A stretch of DNA of 28,882 nucleotides, from positions 1 to 28,882 of the IMG/VR virus record IMGVR_UViG_3300047402_000037; one strand, written 5' to 3'. The notes beneath the pieces were generated by a model that made no database searches, was not told the DNA's origin, and was given only the letters and a program-made list of their open reading frames with translations. A program made the position numbers and the translations under genes. Shown here in pieces: positions 1 to 8,254 of this stretch (its first letter is position 1; the number at the start of each line of letters is the position of its first letter). Origin of the DNA: a virus (taxonomy: Duplodnaviria > Caudoviricetes).

Positions 1-183
1 CCCATCGATCCCCGTCCCATGCCGGCACCCATGCCCCCGAGCGTCCCGCCGAATTCGGCTCTGATGCCCGTGGTCCACCACACGAAGGAATATGTTGTCG
101 ACCCTCGACTTGAGAAGTGGCTGCAGACCCCGGAATACCGCAACCTCTTCCCGGAAGCCCGTAGCCTCAATGGTGCAGCCTAA
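1..183 (+). CDS. hypothetical protein, 5'-truncated (…PIDPRPMPAPMPP…RSLNGAA*)
   Basis: Frame 1 is open from the window edge to TAA at 181-183, 9 nt before terS; Pro-rich. Not in the ORF track. Confidence 0.55.
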   Translation, partial: PIDPRPMPAPMPPSVPPNSALMPVVHHTKEYVVDPRLEKWLQTPEYRNLFPEARSLNGAA

Positions 184-192
184 AGGTCTCAC

Positions 193-636
193 GTGAAGCA
201 AGGGGTAGAATACTCACTAGAGGTCGCCGAAGAGGTCTGCAAGCGGGTGGCTACTGGTCGCTCGCTCAACTCCGTGTGTGATGACCCTGATATGCCGAGC
301 AAAAACAGCTTCTGGCGATGGGTCAATGAATACACTTGGCTGCGTGACCGATACGCGCGTGCGCGCGAAGAACGCGCCGAGTTTTTGGCCGAAGAGATCA
401 TCGACATTTCGGACACGGAAACGGACGCGGCCAAGGCTCGGAACCGGATCGACGCCCGCAAATGGGCCGCTTCGAAGCTCGACCCCAAGCGCTACGGTGA
501 CAAGCTCACCCTCGACGGCGATCTCAACGTGAAGATGCCCGATGACCAGCTTGAATCTCGCATCGCTTTCCTCCTCGGAAAAGCGGGAGTTGCTGTCCCT
601 GCTGGAGGAAAAGGATCGCCGGAAGAGGCGGCGTAA
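193..636 (+). CDS. terS: terminase small subunit (Sf6/P22-like)
   Basis: HTH-like 'ATGRSLNSVCDDPDMPS..FWRW', then 'YARARE…LAEEIIDISD…RIDARKWAASKLDPKRYGDK', typical of Sf6 gp1-like TerS; lies directly before TerL. Confidence 0.9.
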   Translation: MKQGVEYSLEVAEEVCKRVATGRSLNSVCDDPDMPSKNSFWRWVNEYTWLRDRYARAREERAEFLAEEIIDISDTETDAAKARNRIDARKWAASKLDPKRYGDKLTLDGDLNVKMPDDQLESRIAFLLGKAGVAVPAGGKGSPEEAA

Positions 637-1291
637 GCTCTTCGACCTGTACCCCGACGACGGGCCGCTTGCTCGCCACCTCTACCCGAAGCACTTGGAG
701 TTCTTCGCGGGCGGCAAGGACCACATGGAACGCTGCATGATGGCAGCCAACCGCGTGGGCAAGACGTGGGGCGTCGGCGGATACGAGACGGCGCTGCATC
801 TGACGGGGCTCTACCCGGATTGGTGGCCAGGACGCAGGTGGGACAGACCGATCTCGGCATGGGCAGCCGGCGACACACGGGCGACGACACGAGACATCAT
901 CCAGCAGGCGATGCTCGGGATCGGCGCTGAGGGCAAAAGTGGAGAACTGGGAACGGGATTGATCCCCGGCGAGTGCATCATCGGAGAGCCGAGTTCGATG
1001 CAGGGCACGCCGGGCGGCGTCGAGACGGTCACGGTTCAGCACACGAGCGGCGGGCGTTCGATCCTGCAGTTCAAGAGCTACGACCAGGGCCGCCGGACGT
1101 TCCAGGGCACGAAGAAAGACCTTGGCTGGTTCGACGAGGAACCGCCGATCGACGTTTACGAGGAAATGTTGCTGCGCCTGACGGCGACCGTGCCCGGAGA
1201 AGACAGCGGCTCGATGATCAACACGTTCACACCGCTGCTTGGACTGTCTAAGGTGGCGCTAAAATTCCTCCCGCATTTGGCGCCGCAATAG
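542..1291 (+). CDS. terL: terminase large subunit, N-terminal ATPase half (P22 gp2-like)
   Basis: Walker A 'AANRVGKT', 'ALHLTGLYPDWW', Walker B 'GWFDEEPP' and coupling motif 'TFTP'; stops at TAG 1289-1291 right after the ATPase domain. Confidence 0.92.
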   Translation: MTSLNLASLSSSEKRELLSLLEEKDRRKRRRKLFDLYPDDGPLARHLYPKHLEFFAGGKDHMERCMMAANRVGKTWGVGGYETALHLTGLYPDWWPGRRWDRPISAWAAGDTRATTRDIIQQAMLGIGAEGKSGELGTGLIPGECIIGEPSSMQGTPGGVETVTVQHTSGGRSILQFKSYDQGRRTFQGTKKDLGWFDEEPPIDVYEEMLLRLTATVPGEDSGSMINTFTPLLGLSKVALKFLPHLAPQ

Positions 1292-1292
1292 A

Positions 1293-1349
1293 ATGACGTT
1301 TCGTAGAGTGTCGGGTTTCCCCGGCAAAACACCAGACCACGAGGAATAA
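1293..1349 (+). CDS. 18-aa mini-ORF bridging the two terL halves (MTFRRVSGFPGKTPDHEE)
   Basis: ATG 1293 lies 1 nt after the ATPase stop; TAA 1347-1349 lies 1 nt before the ATT that opens the nuclease homology. Translation is unproven. Confidence 0.35.
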   Translation: MTFRRVSGFPGKTPDHEE

Positions 1350-1350
1350 A
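1309..1350 (+). promoter_or_regulatory. hairpin plus ribosome-binding site inside split terL
   Basis: Stem TGTCGGG/CCCGGCA (7 bp, one G-U) with a TTTC loop at 1309-1326; SD GAGGA at 1341-1345, 5 nt before ATT 1351. Confidence 0.55.
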
Positions 1351-2082
1351 ATTTCACGCCTCTGCGTCCAGGCCACATGGGATGATGTCCCTCACCTCTC
1401 GGCCAAGACCAAGCAGGAACTCCTCGACGGCATGGAACCCCACATGCGGGACGCCCGCACGAAGGGCATCCCCGTCATGGGCGCTGGCGTCATCTATCCG
1501 GTTCCCGAGGGCGCGATCACGGTTGAGCCGTTCGACCTGCCGGAGTTCTGGCCGCGCGCTTACGGCCTCGACGTTGGCTGGAACCGCACGGCTTGCATTT
1601 GGGGCGCATGGGATCGGACGGCAGACTGCATCTACCTCTACCGCGAGCACTACATGGGGCAGGCGGCTCCCGCGGTGCACGCATCCTCGATCAACGCGGT
1701 CGAGCCCTGGCTGATGGGCGCGATTGATCCGGCCTCAGCCGGCGCGAGCCAAGTGGACGGCAAGTCGCTGCGGCGGGAATACGAAAAGCTGGGCCTACAT
1801 CTGATCGACGCCGAGAACGCGGTAGAGGCGGGAATCCACGCGATCTACCAGCGCCTCGTGTCCGGCCGCTTGAAGGTGTTCCGAACGCTCCGCAACTGGC
1901 TGAGCGAGTTTCGCATTTATCGCCGTGACGAAAACGGCAAGATCGTCAAGGAGAACGACCATCTTATGGACGCCAGCCGGTATCTGGTCATGAGCGGAAT
2001 GCGGGTCGCGCGCACGGCGCCGTCGTTTGACGATGAGGAAGATGCGCGCCGCAGCATCGGCAACAGGACGACCGGCTACTGA
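1351..2082 (+). CDS. terL: terminase large subunit, C-terminal RNase H-like nuclease half; probable ATT start
   Basis: Frame 1 reads ISRLCVQATWDDVPHLSAKTKQELLDGMEPHMRDARTKGIP…GLDVG…AIDP…YRRDENGKIVKENDHLMDASRY. The conserved 'ATWDDVPHL' lies upstream of the first ATG (1432), so the gene must start earlier; ATT 1351 follows an SD. Confidence 0.88.
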   Translation: MSRLCVQATWDDVPHLSAKTKQELLDGMEPHMRDARTKGIPVMGAGVIYPVPEGAITVEPFDLPEFWPRAYGLDVGWNRTACIWGAWDRTADCIYLYREHYMGQAAPAVHASSINAVEPWLMGAIDPASAGASQVDGKSLRREYEKLGLHLIDAENAVEAGIHAIYQRLVSGRLKVFRTLRNWLSEFRIYRRDENGKIVKENDHLMDASRYLVMSGMRVARTAPSFDDEEDARRSIGNRTTGY

Positions 2083-4286
2083 TGAGCCCCTTCGGGATGT
2101 CTCCCCTGGCCTCCTACGGCCAACCGATGATGGATGAGCCAGAGCCCGCCGGCTACGAGCACGGGCCGATGGGTGAGATGGGCGAGGCGCCGCATTACGG
2201 CGAGGTGATCCCGTTCCCGCTGGCGCCACCGGAGCCCGAGAGCGTCACCAAGCTCAAGCAGCAGGCGATGCTGCTCATGAAGCTCGCCAAGATGCCGAAC
2301 GTCGCCGACGCGGTGACGGATGAGGAGTTGGGCAAACTCGGCTCGATCGTCGTGCGCGAGTTCAGGATCGACGAAGACAGCCGCGCGGATTGGGAGAAGT
2401 CCGCACGCCGGGCCATGGACATTGCCCGGCAGAAGGTCGAATCAAAGTCCTACCCGTGGGACGGCGCGTCGAACGTCAAGTTTCCGATGCTCACGACCGC
2501 GGCGCTGCAGTTCGCGGCTCGCGCCTATCCCGCGATCGTCGATGGCCCGCGCATCGTCAAGTGTCAGGTGATGGGCCGCGATCCTGCTGGGCTCAAGGCA
2601 GCGATGGCCGATCGCGTTTCGCAGCACATGAGCTACCAGCTCCTCTACGAGATTCCCCATTGGGAATCCGACATGGACACGGCGCTGCATCAAATCCCGA
2701 TCGTCGGGTGCGCCTTCAAGAAAGTCTACCCCGACGACGCGAGCGAGGCTGGCGTCACGTCCGATCTGGCGAGCGCGTTCGATGTGGTCGTGAACCAGGG
2801 CGCCAAGTCGCTGAGTCGCGTGCCCCGTATCACGCACGTGTTCAAGCTCTACCCGCACGAGATCGAGGAACGCATTCGGGAAGGCAAGTTCCGCGAAATC
2901 GAACTCACGACCGGCAGCGACGACAGCACCGACTCCGACAGCCCGCACACGTTCCTGGAGCAGCATCGTTACTGGGACGTGGACAGCGACGGCGTGAAAG
3001 AGCCGTGGGTTGTCACGGTTCACAAGGAAACGCAGAAGGTCGTTCGCATCAAGCCGTGCTTCGACGTTGACAAGATCGTTGTCGATCAGGAGCGCGGCAA
3101 AATCCTGCGCATCCCGCGGCGTGACTATTGGGTGAAGATACCGTTCATCCCGGACCCAGAAGGCGGTTTCTACGATATCGGCTTCGGCAAGCTGCTGGAG
3201 GCTATCTCGGACGTGATCGACACCACGATCAATCAGATGATGGACGCCGGCACGCTGCAGAACTCGGGCGGCGGGTTCGCGGCATCGGGCCTGCAGCTCG
3301 GCAAGTCCACGCTCAAGATGAAGCCGGGGCAGTATCCGACCGTGCCCGGCACCGGCGACGATATCCGCAAGGCGCTCGTGCATCTGGAGCACCCTGGCCC
3401 GGCTCCGGTGCTCATGCAGTTGCTGGAGTTCCTGATCAACGCAGGCAAGGACATTGCCTCGGTCAAGGACATCCTGACGGGCGAGACGCCGACGAACCAG
3501 ACGGCTACGTCAACCATGGCCGCGATCGAACAGGGGCTCAAGGTCTTTACCGCGATCTACAAGCGCATCTTCCGGGCTCTCAAGGAAGAATACAGGCTCA
3601 TCTTCGACATCAACAAAGAGACGCTGAACCAGGCGAAGTATGTCGCCCTGCTCGATGAGCCAATCGAGGTTGTGGCGCAGGACTACCACGATGACATCGA
3701 CGTGCTGCCGGTGGCCGACCCGAACACGGTCACGGAGATGCAGCGCATGGCGAAAGCGCAGTTCGTGATGGAACAGGTTGAAAAGGGAAACCCGTTCATC
3801 GACGGCCTCGCGGCGACAAAGCGCGCGCTCGAGGCCGCTCGGATCGAGAAGCCGGAAGAACTGCTGAAGCCGCCGCCGCCTGGGCCGCCGCCAGAGGCCG
3901 AAGTCGCGTTGCAAGATGGAATTGCCGGCGTTGAACTGAAGCGCGCGCAAGCTGCGAAAACGGCGATTGAAGGCGTGGTGGCCGCGGCAACGTCAGGGAT
4001 GGCGGTTCCGATCCCGCTGCAGCCGGAGATGTTGGTCACGCAGTCTGGCCCGCCGATGGGGCAGCCGCCGCCGCCTGGGCCGATGGGACCGCAAGGAATG
4101 CCGCCCCAAGGCATAGGGGGCATAGGGGGCATGGGTGGCCCGCCGCCGTTCGACCCGATGATGGAAGGTGGCGGCGCGGCGATTCCGCCCGACGACATGG
4201 CGCTGATGGCGCAACAGCTCGGCGGCAATATGGGGCCGAGGCCCGAGGCCGCGCCCGTGCCGCCCGGCCTTGAGGGCCTGCAGTGA
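2082..4286 (+). CDS. portal protein with Pro/Gly/Met-rich termini
   Basis: 734 aa directly after TerL (TGATG overlap); 'KSYPWDGASNVKFP', 'GCAFKKVY', 'GFYDIGFG…INQMMDAGTLQN' are typical of podovirus-type portals. Confidence 0.88.
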   Translation: MSPFGMSPLASYGQPMMDEPEPAGYEHGPMGEMGEAPHYGEVIPFPLAPPEPESVTKLKQQAMLLMKLAKMPNVADAVTDEELGKLGSIVVREFRIDEDSRADWEKSARRAMDIARQKVESKSYPWDGASNVKFPMLTTAALQFAARAYPAIVDGPRIVKCQVMGRDPAGLKAAMADRVSQHMSYQLLYEIPHWESDMDTALHQIPIVGCAFKKVYPDDASEAGVTSDLASAFDVVVNQGAKSLSRVPRITHVFKLYPHEIEERIREGKFREIELTTGSDDSTDSDSPHTFLEQHRYWDVDSDGVKEPWVVTVHKETQKVVRIKPCFDVDKIVVDQERGKILRIPRRDYWVKIPFIPDPEGGFYDIGFGKLLEAISDVIDTTINQMMDAGTLQNSGGGFAASGLQLGKSTLKMKPGQYPTVPGTGDDIRKALVHLEHPGPAPVLMQLLEFLINAGKDIASVKDILTGETPTNQTATSTMAAIEQGLKVFTAIYKRIFRALKEEYRLIFDINKETLNQAKYVALLDEPIEVVAQDYHDDIDVLPVADPNTVTEMQRMAKAQFVMEQVEKGNPFIDGLAATKRALEAARIEKPEELLKPPPPGPPPEAEVALQDGIAGVELKRAQAAKTAIEGVVAAATSGMAVPIPLQPEMLVTQSGPPMGQPPPPGPMGPQGMPPQGIGGIGGMGGPPPFDPMMEGGGAAIPPDDMALMAQQLGGNMGPRPEAAPVPPGLEGLQ

Positions 4287-4513
4287 GAATCGACGCTGAC
4301 GATTGGGAGGAGTGGCTGGCCCATCCCCTCACGGAAGCGGTGATGCGTGTGTGCAAGGTCGCGGCAGGCCGTTCCCGAGAGGAATGGACCGCGATGTCAT
4401 TCGACCGAGGAAGCTGTGATCCGCTGGAACTCGTGAAGATGCGAGCCCGCGCGGCTGCGTTTGAGGAAATCACGAACCTGACACCACAGAAAATCGAGGA
4501 AGTTCTGGAATGA
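4283..4513 (+). CDS. hypothetical protein (WEEWLAHPLT motif)
   Basis: GTGA overlap with portal and ATGA overlap with the next gene. Confidence 0.75.
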   Translation: MRIDADDWEEWLAHPLTEAVMRVCKVAAGRSREEWTAMSFDRGSCDPLELVKMRARAAAFEEITNLTPQKIEEVLE

Positions 4514-4890
4514 AGACCAAAGGCAAGGTCACACCACTACCCCGCATGATCTTCAACAAGACCGGGATCGAGCCGACGCAATTCCAGGTTTTGATCCGGC
4601 CGAGGAAGGACAGCGGCGAGATTGAACTGAAGGGCGGCTTCAAGCTCTACAAGCCCGACGAGACGCGCGAGCGCGACGAGCATGCCTCGATGGAGGGGGA
4701 AATGATCGATCTTTCGCCGCTCGCATTCACGTACGAGGAGTGGCCAGCGACCGCGCGGAAACCCCGTCCCGGCGATACCGTGATTTTTGCCCGCTACGCC
4801 GGGATCACCGTCAAGGGCAACGACGGCGCCGATTACCGGCTGATGAACGACAAGGACATCGTGGCCATCCGGGAGGCCGCGCATGTCTGA
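4510..4890 (+). CDS. GroES-like co-chaperonin
   Basis: 'IEPTQFQVLIRP', mobile-loop 'LKGGFKLY', 'PGDTVIFARYAG' and 'YRLMNDKDIVAI' match the GroES/Cpn10 pattern. Confidence 0.85.
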   Translation: MKTKGKVTPLPRMIFNKTGIEPTQFQVLIRPRKDSGEIELKGGFKLYKPDETRERDEHASMEGEMIDLSPLAFTYEEWPATARKPRPGDTVIFARYAGITVKGNDGADYRLMNDKDIVAIREAAHV

Positions 4891-5776
4891 CACCGAAGTC
4901 CTGGAACAGCCGAAGGCCGAAGCCAACGCTGGCGTCGCGATCCCCGGCGAAGCCGCACCGACGCCGCAAGCGCAAGAGGGCGGCCACGACGACATCGAGT
5001 CTCGTGCCCGGTCCATGGGCTGGCGCCCGAAAGAAGAGTTCCGCGGGCCAGAAGAGAAGTGGGTAGATCCGGCAGAATTCGTCCGCCGCGGCGAGAACGA
5101 ATTGCCTGTCCTCCGCGAGCGCCTTCGCGACCAGACGCGCAAGCTGGCGCAGATCGAAGCCGAGTCCCATGCCAAGCTCGATCGCGTGGCCAAGATGGCG
5201 GAAGTGGCTGTGCAGCGCCAACGCCAGGAGCTGATCAGCCAGTATGAGAGCCTCATGCGCCACGCGGCCGAGAGCGCCGACGTTGGCCGCTACGACCAGT
5301 TGCGCCGCGACCAGGCGCAGGCCGTGCGCCAGTTCGATGAGCACATTGCCGAGACGACGCAGCAGAGCGGTCCGCCGCAGATGAGCCCGCAAATTCAGGC
5401 TCAGGTGACGGCATGGGTGCAGGAGAATCCATGGTTCGACCGTGATCCGATGTTGCAGGCCGTCGCTAGGCAGCACTCGGTCGAACTCGATCGCTCGATG
5501 CCGGGCCTGTCCCTGCAAGAAAACCTGGAGCGCACGCGCAGCTACGTGGCCGAGAAGTTCCCGGAGAAGTTCGGGCGGCAGCCTCGCGCGTCCGGCGGCG
5601 GCGCACAGCCCGGCATGGTCGAAGGCGGTAGCCGCGTCTCGGCTTCGTCTGGGCCTCGCTCCAAGGGAGCCAGCGATCTGCCCGCCGACGTGAGGAAGGC
5701 CGGCGAGCGTTTCGTGTCGCAGGGTCTCTACAAGAACCTCAGCGAGTACGCTCGCGACTACTACGAACAAGGCTGA
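4883..5776 (+). CDS. capsid scaffolding protein (putative)
   Basis: Helical, E/Q/R-rich; 'ARSMGWRPKEEF..WVDPAEFV' and 'WVQENPWF'; located between portal and capsid genes. Confidence 0.7.
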   Translation: MSDTEVLEQPKAEANAGVAIPGEAAPTPQAQEGGHDDIESRARSMGWRPKEEFRGPEEKWVDPAEFVRRGENELPVLRERLRDQTRKLAQIEAESHAKLDRVAKMAEVAVQRQRQELISQYESLMRHAAESADVGRYDQLRRDQAQAVRQFDEHIAETTQQSGPPQMSPQIQAQVTAWVQENPWFDRDPMLQAVARQHSVELDRSMPGLSLQENLERTRSYVAEKFPEKFGRQPRASGGGAQPGMVEGGSRVSASSGPRSKGASDLPADVRKAGERFVSQGLYKNLSEYARDYYEQG

Positions 5777-5783
5777 CACCAGA

Positions 5784-6311
5784 ATGAGCACCGCACAGGT
5801 CAACGGCATTTCCCGGCCACAGCAGCAACAGGCCGGGACATCGGCGCGCGTTCAAGAGCAACGGGCGCAGCGCCGCAGACGGGACGATCAGGGACCGGGC
5901 CGCCTCAGAAACTTGGCGATCCAGGGCAACATCGACCCCAACTACGAGTATCGGTTCGTCAACGACGATCCCGGCCGCTTGTACCAGCTCACAAAACAAG
6001 ACGATTGGGACGTGGTGAACGGTTCCGATCTAGAGCCCGATTCCAAGGATCGCGGTATCGGCTCGAAAGTGGAGCGTGTGGTGGACAAGCGGACGGGCAA
6101 AAAGGCAGTGCTTGTTCGCAAGCTCAAGGAATACTACGCGGCCGACAAACGCAAGGAACAGGCGGCGATCGACGCGACGGAAGCAGTTCTGAGGCGAGGC
6201 GCGACGCCAGGGGCCAAGGGCCTTTCGGCAGAGGAAGGCGCCAGTGCCTACGTGCCAATGGGGGGTATCCAGATCGGAACTCCGGCCGGCGGCAAGCCCT
6301 ACACACCCTGA
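5784..6311 (+). CDS. conserved head-module hypothetical protein
   Basis: 175-aa ORF with 'YEYRFVNDDPGRL…DWDVV'; compact spacing within the head operon. Confidence 0.75.
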   Translation: MSTAQVNGISRPQQQQAGTSARVQEQRAQRRRRDDQGPGRLRNLAIQGNIDPNYEYRFVNDDPGRLYQLTKQDDWDVVNGSDLEPDSKDRGIGSKVERVVDKRTGKKAVLVRKLKEYYAADKRKEQAAIDATEAVLRRGATPGAKGLSAEEGASAYVPMGGIQIGTPAGGKPYTP

Positions 6312-6323
6312 GGATAACCCCAC

Positions 6324-6896
6324 ATGCCAAACGCGAATACGCCGTACGGGCTGCGCCCGGTTCGGCACCGCAACGGCGCCCCCTACAACGGTGCCGCGAC
6401 TCGTTACGCCGTTCCTGCCAGCGATGGCACGGCGCTCTACCTCGGTGATCCCGTCATTCTTGCGGGTTCGGCCGATGCCGATGGTATCGCAACCGTGACC
6501 AAGGCAACGGCCGGTTCGGGCGCCTACATGCTCGGCCCCGTCGTCGGCGTGGAGCCGGTGACGCGCGACTCGACCACGTACCGCGCGGCCTCCGAACTTC
6601 GTTACGTTTACGTGGCCGACGATCCCGACCTCATTTTCGAGGTGCAGGAGGATGCCGTTGGCGGCGCGCTCGCGGCGGTCGACGTCGGCCTCAACGCTGA
6701 CTGGATCGATGGTTCGGGCTCGACTGTGACCGGCCTGTCCGGCGTCCAGCTCGACACGTCGACCAAGGCGACCACGAACACGCTGCAGCTTCGCATTCTC
6801 GGCTTCTCTCAGAAGGTCGATAACGCGATCGGCGCGAACGCGAAGGTGCTGGTTGCGATCAACCTGCATTCGCTCCGCAACCAGACCGGCGTCTAA
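6324..6896 (+). CDS. capsid decoration/cement-type structural protein (putative)
   Basis: Strong SD (GAGGA); A/G/T/V-rich beta-type sequence 'PYGLRPVR…YVADDPDLIFEVQ'; immediately before the capsid gene. Confidence 0.65.
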   Translation: MPNANTPYGLRPVRHRNGAPYNGAATRYAVPASDGTALYLGDPVILAGSADADGIATVTKATAGSGAYMLGPVVGVEPVTRDSTTYRAASELRYVYVADDPDLIFEVQEDAVGGALAAVDVGLNADWIDGSGSTVTGLSGVQLDTSTKATTNTLQLRILGFSQKVDNAIGANAKVLVAINLHSLRNQTGV

Positions 6897-6910
6897 GGAG
6901 AACCCGAGAT

Positions 6911-7822
6911 ATGGCTGGCGTCATAACGACTGGCAATCATCCCAAGGCCCTGTGGCTGGGGGTCAACAAGTGGTTCGGCCGCTCCTACGACGAGCACCCC
7001 GTCGAGTGGAAGATGATCTTCGACGAGGAGACTTCCGACAAGAACTACGAGGAGGACGTGCAGACGACGGGCTTCGGCCTCGCGCCGGTCAAGGCGCAGG
7101 CTGGCTCGGTGTCTTACGATTCCGAGTCGCAGGGCTACACCAAGCGATACACCCATGTCGTCTACGGCCTGGGCTACATCGTCACCGAGGAGGAGCTGGA
7201 GGACAACCTCTACGAGGAGGTTTCCAAGAAGCGTTCCAAGGCGCTGGCGTTCTCGATGCGCCAGACGGAAGAGATCGTGGCTGCCAACGTGCTGAACCGC
7301 GCGTTCAACACGAGCTATACCGGCGGCGACGGCAAGGCAATGATCGTCTCAGATCATCCGACGTTGACGGGCAACCAGTCGAACGTGCTGACCACGGCGG
7401 CGGACTTGTCGGAAGCCTCGATTGAAGACCTCTGCATCCAGATCATGAACGCCACCAACTCGCGTGGCCTCAAGATCAGCGTGATGCCGCGGAAGCTGAT
7501 CGTGGCGCCGAACGAGGCCTTCAACGCCGAGCGCATCGTCAAGTCATCGCTGCAGGCGGGCACCGCCAACAACGACCTGAACGCCATCAAGAACATGGGC
7601 ATCTTCCCGGATGGCGTGACCGTGAACCACTACCTGACCGACACCGACGCTTGGTTCATCAAGACCAACGTGCCGAACGGCCTGACCCGGTTCACGCGGC
7701 GCGCGCTCAAGTTCGCGCAGGACAACGACTTCGACTCGGCGAACGCCAAGGCGAAGGCGACGGTTCGTTTCTCGGTCGGCTGGACGGACTGGCTGGGTGT
7801 CTATGGCACGCCTGGCGCGTGA
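6911..7822 (+). CDS. major capsid protein (Mu gpT-like family)
   Basis: SD AAGGAG and strongly biased codons; 'SDKNYEEDV..TGFGLAPVK', 'AANVLNRAF', 'NHYLTDTDAWFIKT', 'FSVGWTDWLGVYGTPGA'. Confidence 0.88.
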   Translation: MAGVITTGNHPKALWLGVNKWFGRSYDEHPVEWKMIFDEETSDKNYEEDVQTTGFGLAPVKAQAGSVSYDSESQGYTKRYTHVVYGLGYIVTEEELEDNLYEEVSKKRSKALAFSMRQTEEIVAANVLNRAFNTSYTGGDGKAMIVSDHPTLTGNQSNVLTTAADLSEASIEDLCIQIMNATNSRGLKISVMPRKLIVAPNEAFNAERIVKSSLQAGTANNDLNAIKNMGIFPDGVTVNHYLTDTDAWFIKTNVPNGLTRFTRRALKFAQDNDFDSANAKAKATVRFSVGWTDWLGVYGTPGA

Positions 7823-7831
7823 GGTGAGCCC

Positions 7832-8248
7832 ATGGCAACCAGACTGACCAACTTCCCGAACGGGATCACGTGCGGCGGCGGCAACCAGCGACACTCGCTT
7901 GCGGGCGTCGAACTCAAGCTGATTGCCACGTTCGACCCGACGAGCAGCACGCAGGTGTTGCTTGGCACGCTGCCGATCGGTGCCATCCCAATGGACGTGG
8001 TGTCGTTCGGCGGCGGCACCGGCGGCACCAACCCGACTGTCGATATCGGCACGTCGGGAACCACGGACCTGTTCGCCAACGAGTTGCGGGCCGACGTGAC
8101 GCGGAGCGCGATTGCTTCGACCACGGCGGGCACCGGGCTCGGCACGCAGTTGACGGCCGCGACGCCAGTTTACGGCAAGGTCGGCGGTTCGGCGGCGACC
8201 GGCGGCACGGTGAAAGTGGCCATCCGCTTCGTCGTTCTGCCCGTGTGA
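7832..8248 (+). CDS. virion structural protein (putative capsid spike base/decoration)
   Basis: SD GAGGTG; G/T-rich 138 aa right after the capsid gene. Confidence 0.65.
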   Translation: MATRLTNFPNGITCGGGNQRHSLAGVELKLIATFDPTSSTQVLLGTLPIGAIPMDVVSFGGGTGGTNPTVDIGTSGTTDLFANELRADVTRSAIASTTAGTGLGTQLTAATPVYGKVGGSAATGGTVKVAIRFVVLPV

Positions 8249-8254
8249 CCATGA

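Noticed and set aside
1265-1294. TAGAAT as the -10 box of an internal promoter
   Set aside because: No credible -35 at 16-18 nt (TTCCTC/TCCTCC); an activator-dependent promoter cannot be excluded but is unsupported.
1313-1319. G GGT TTC slippery heptamer in the mini-ORF frame
   Set aside because: A -1 shift leads into frame 2 (the spurious 1382-1714 ORF), not the nuclease frame, so it cannot join the halves.
1292-1350. Intron or intein explanation for the split terL
   Set aside because: 59 nt is far too short for a group I/II intron, and an intein would need an uninterrupted frame.
7820-7834. In-frame TGA-GGT-GAG-CCC-ATG suggesting capsid readthrough fusion
   Set aside because: The downstream gene has its own good SD (GAGGTG); in-frame spacing occurs one time in three by chance.
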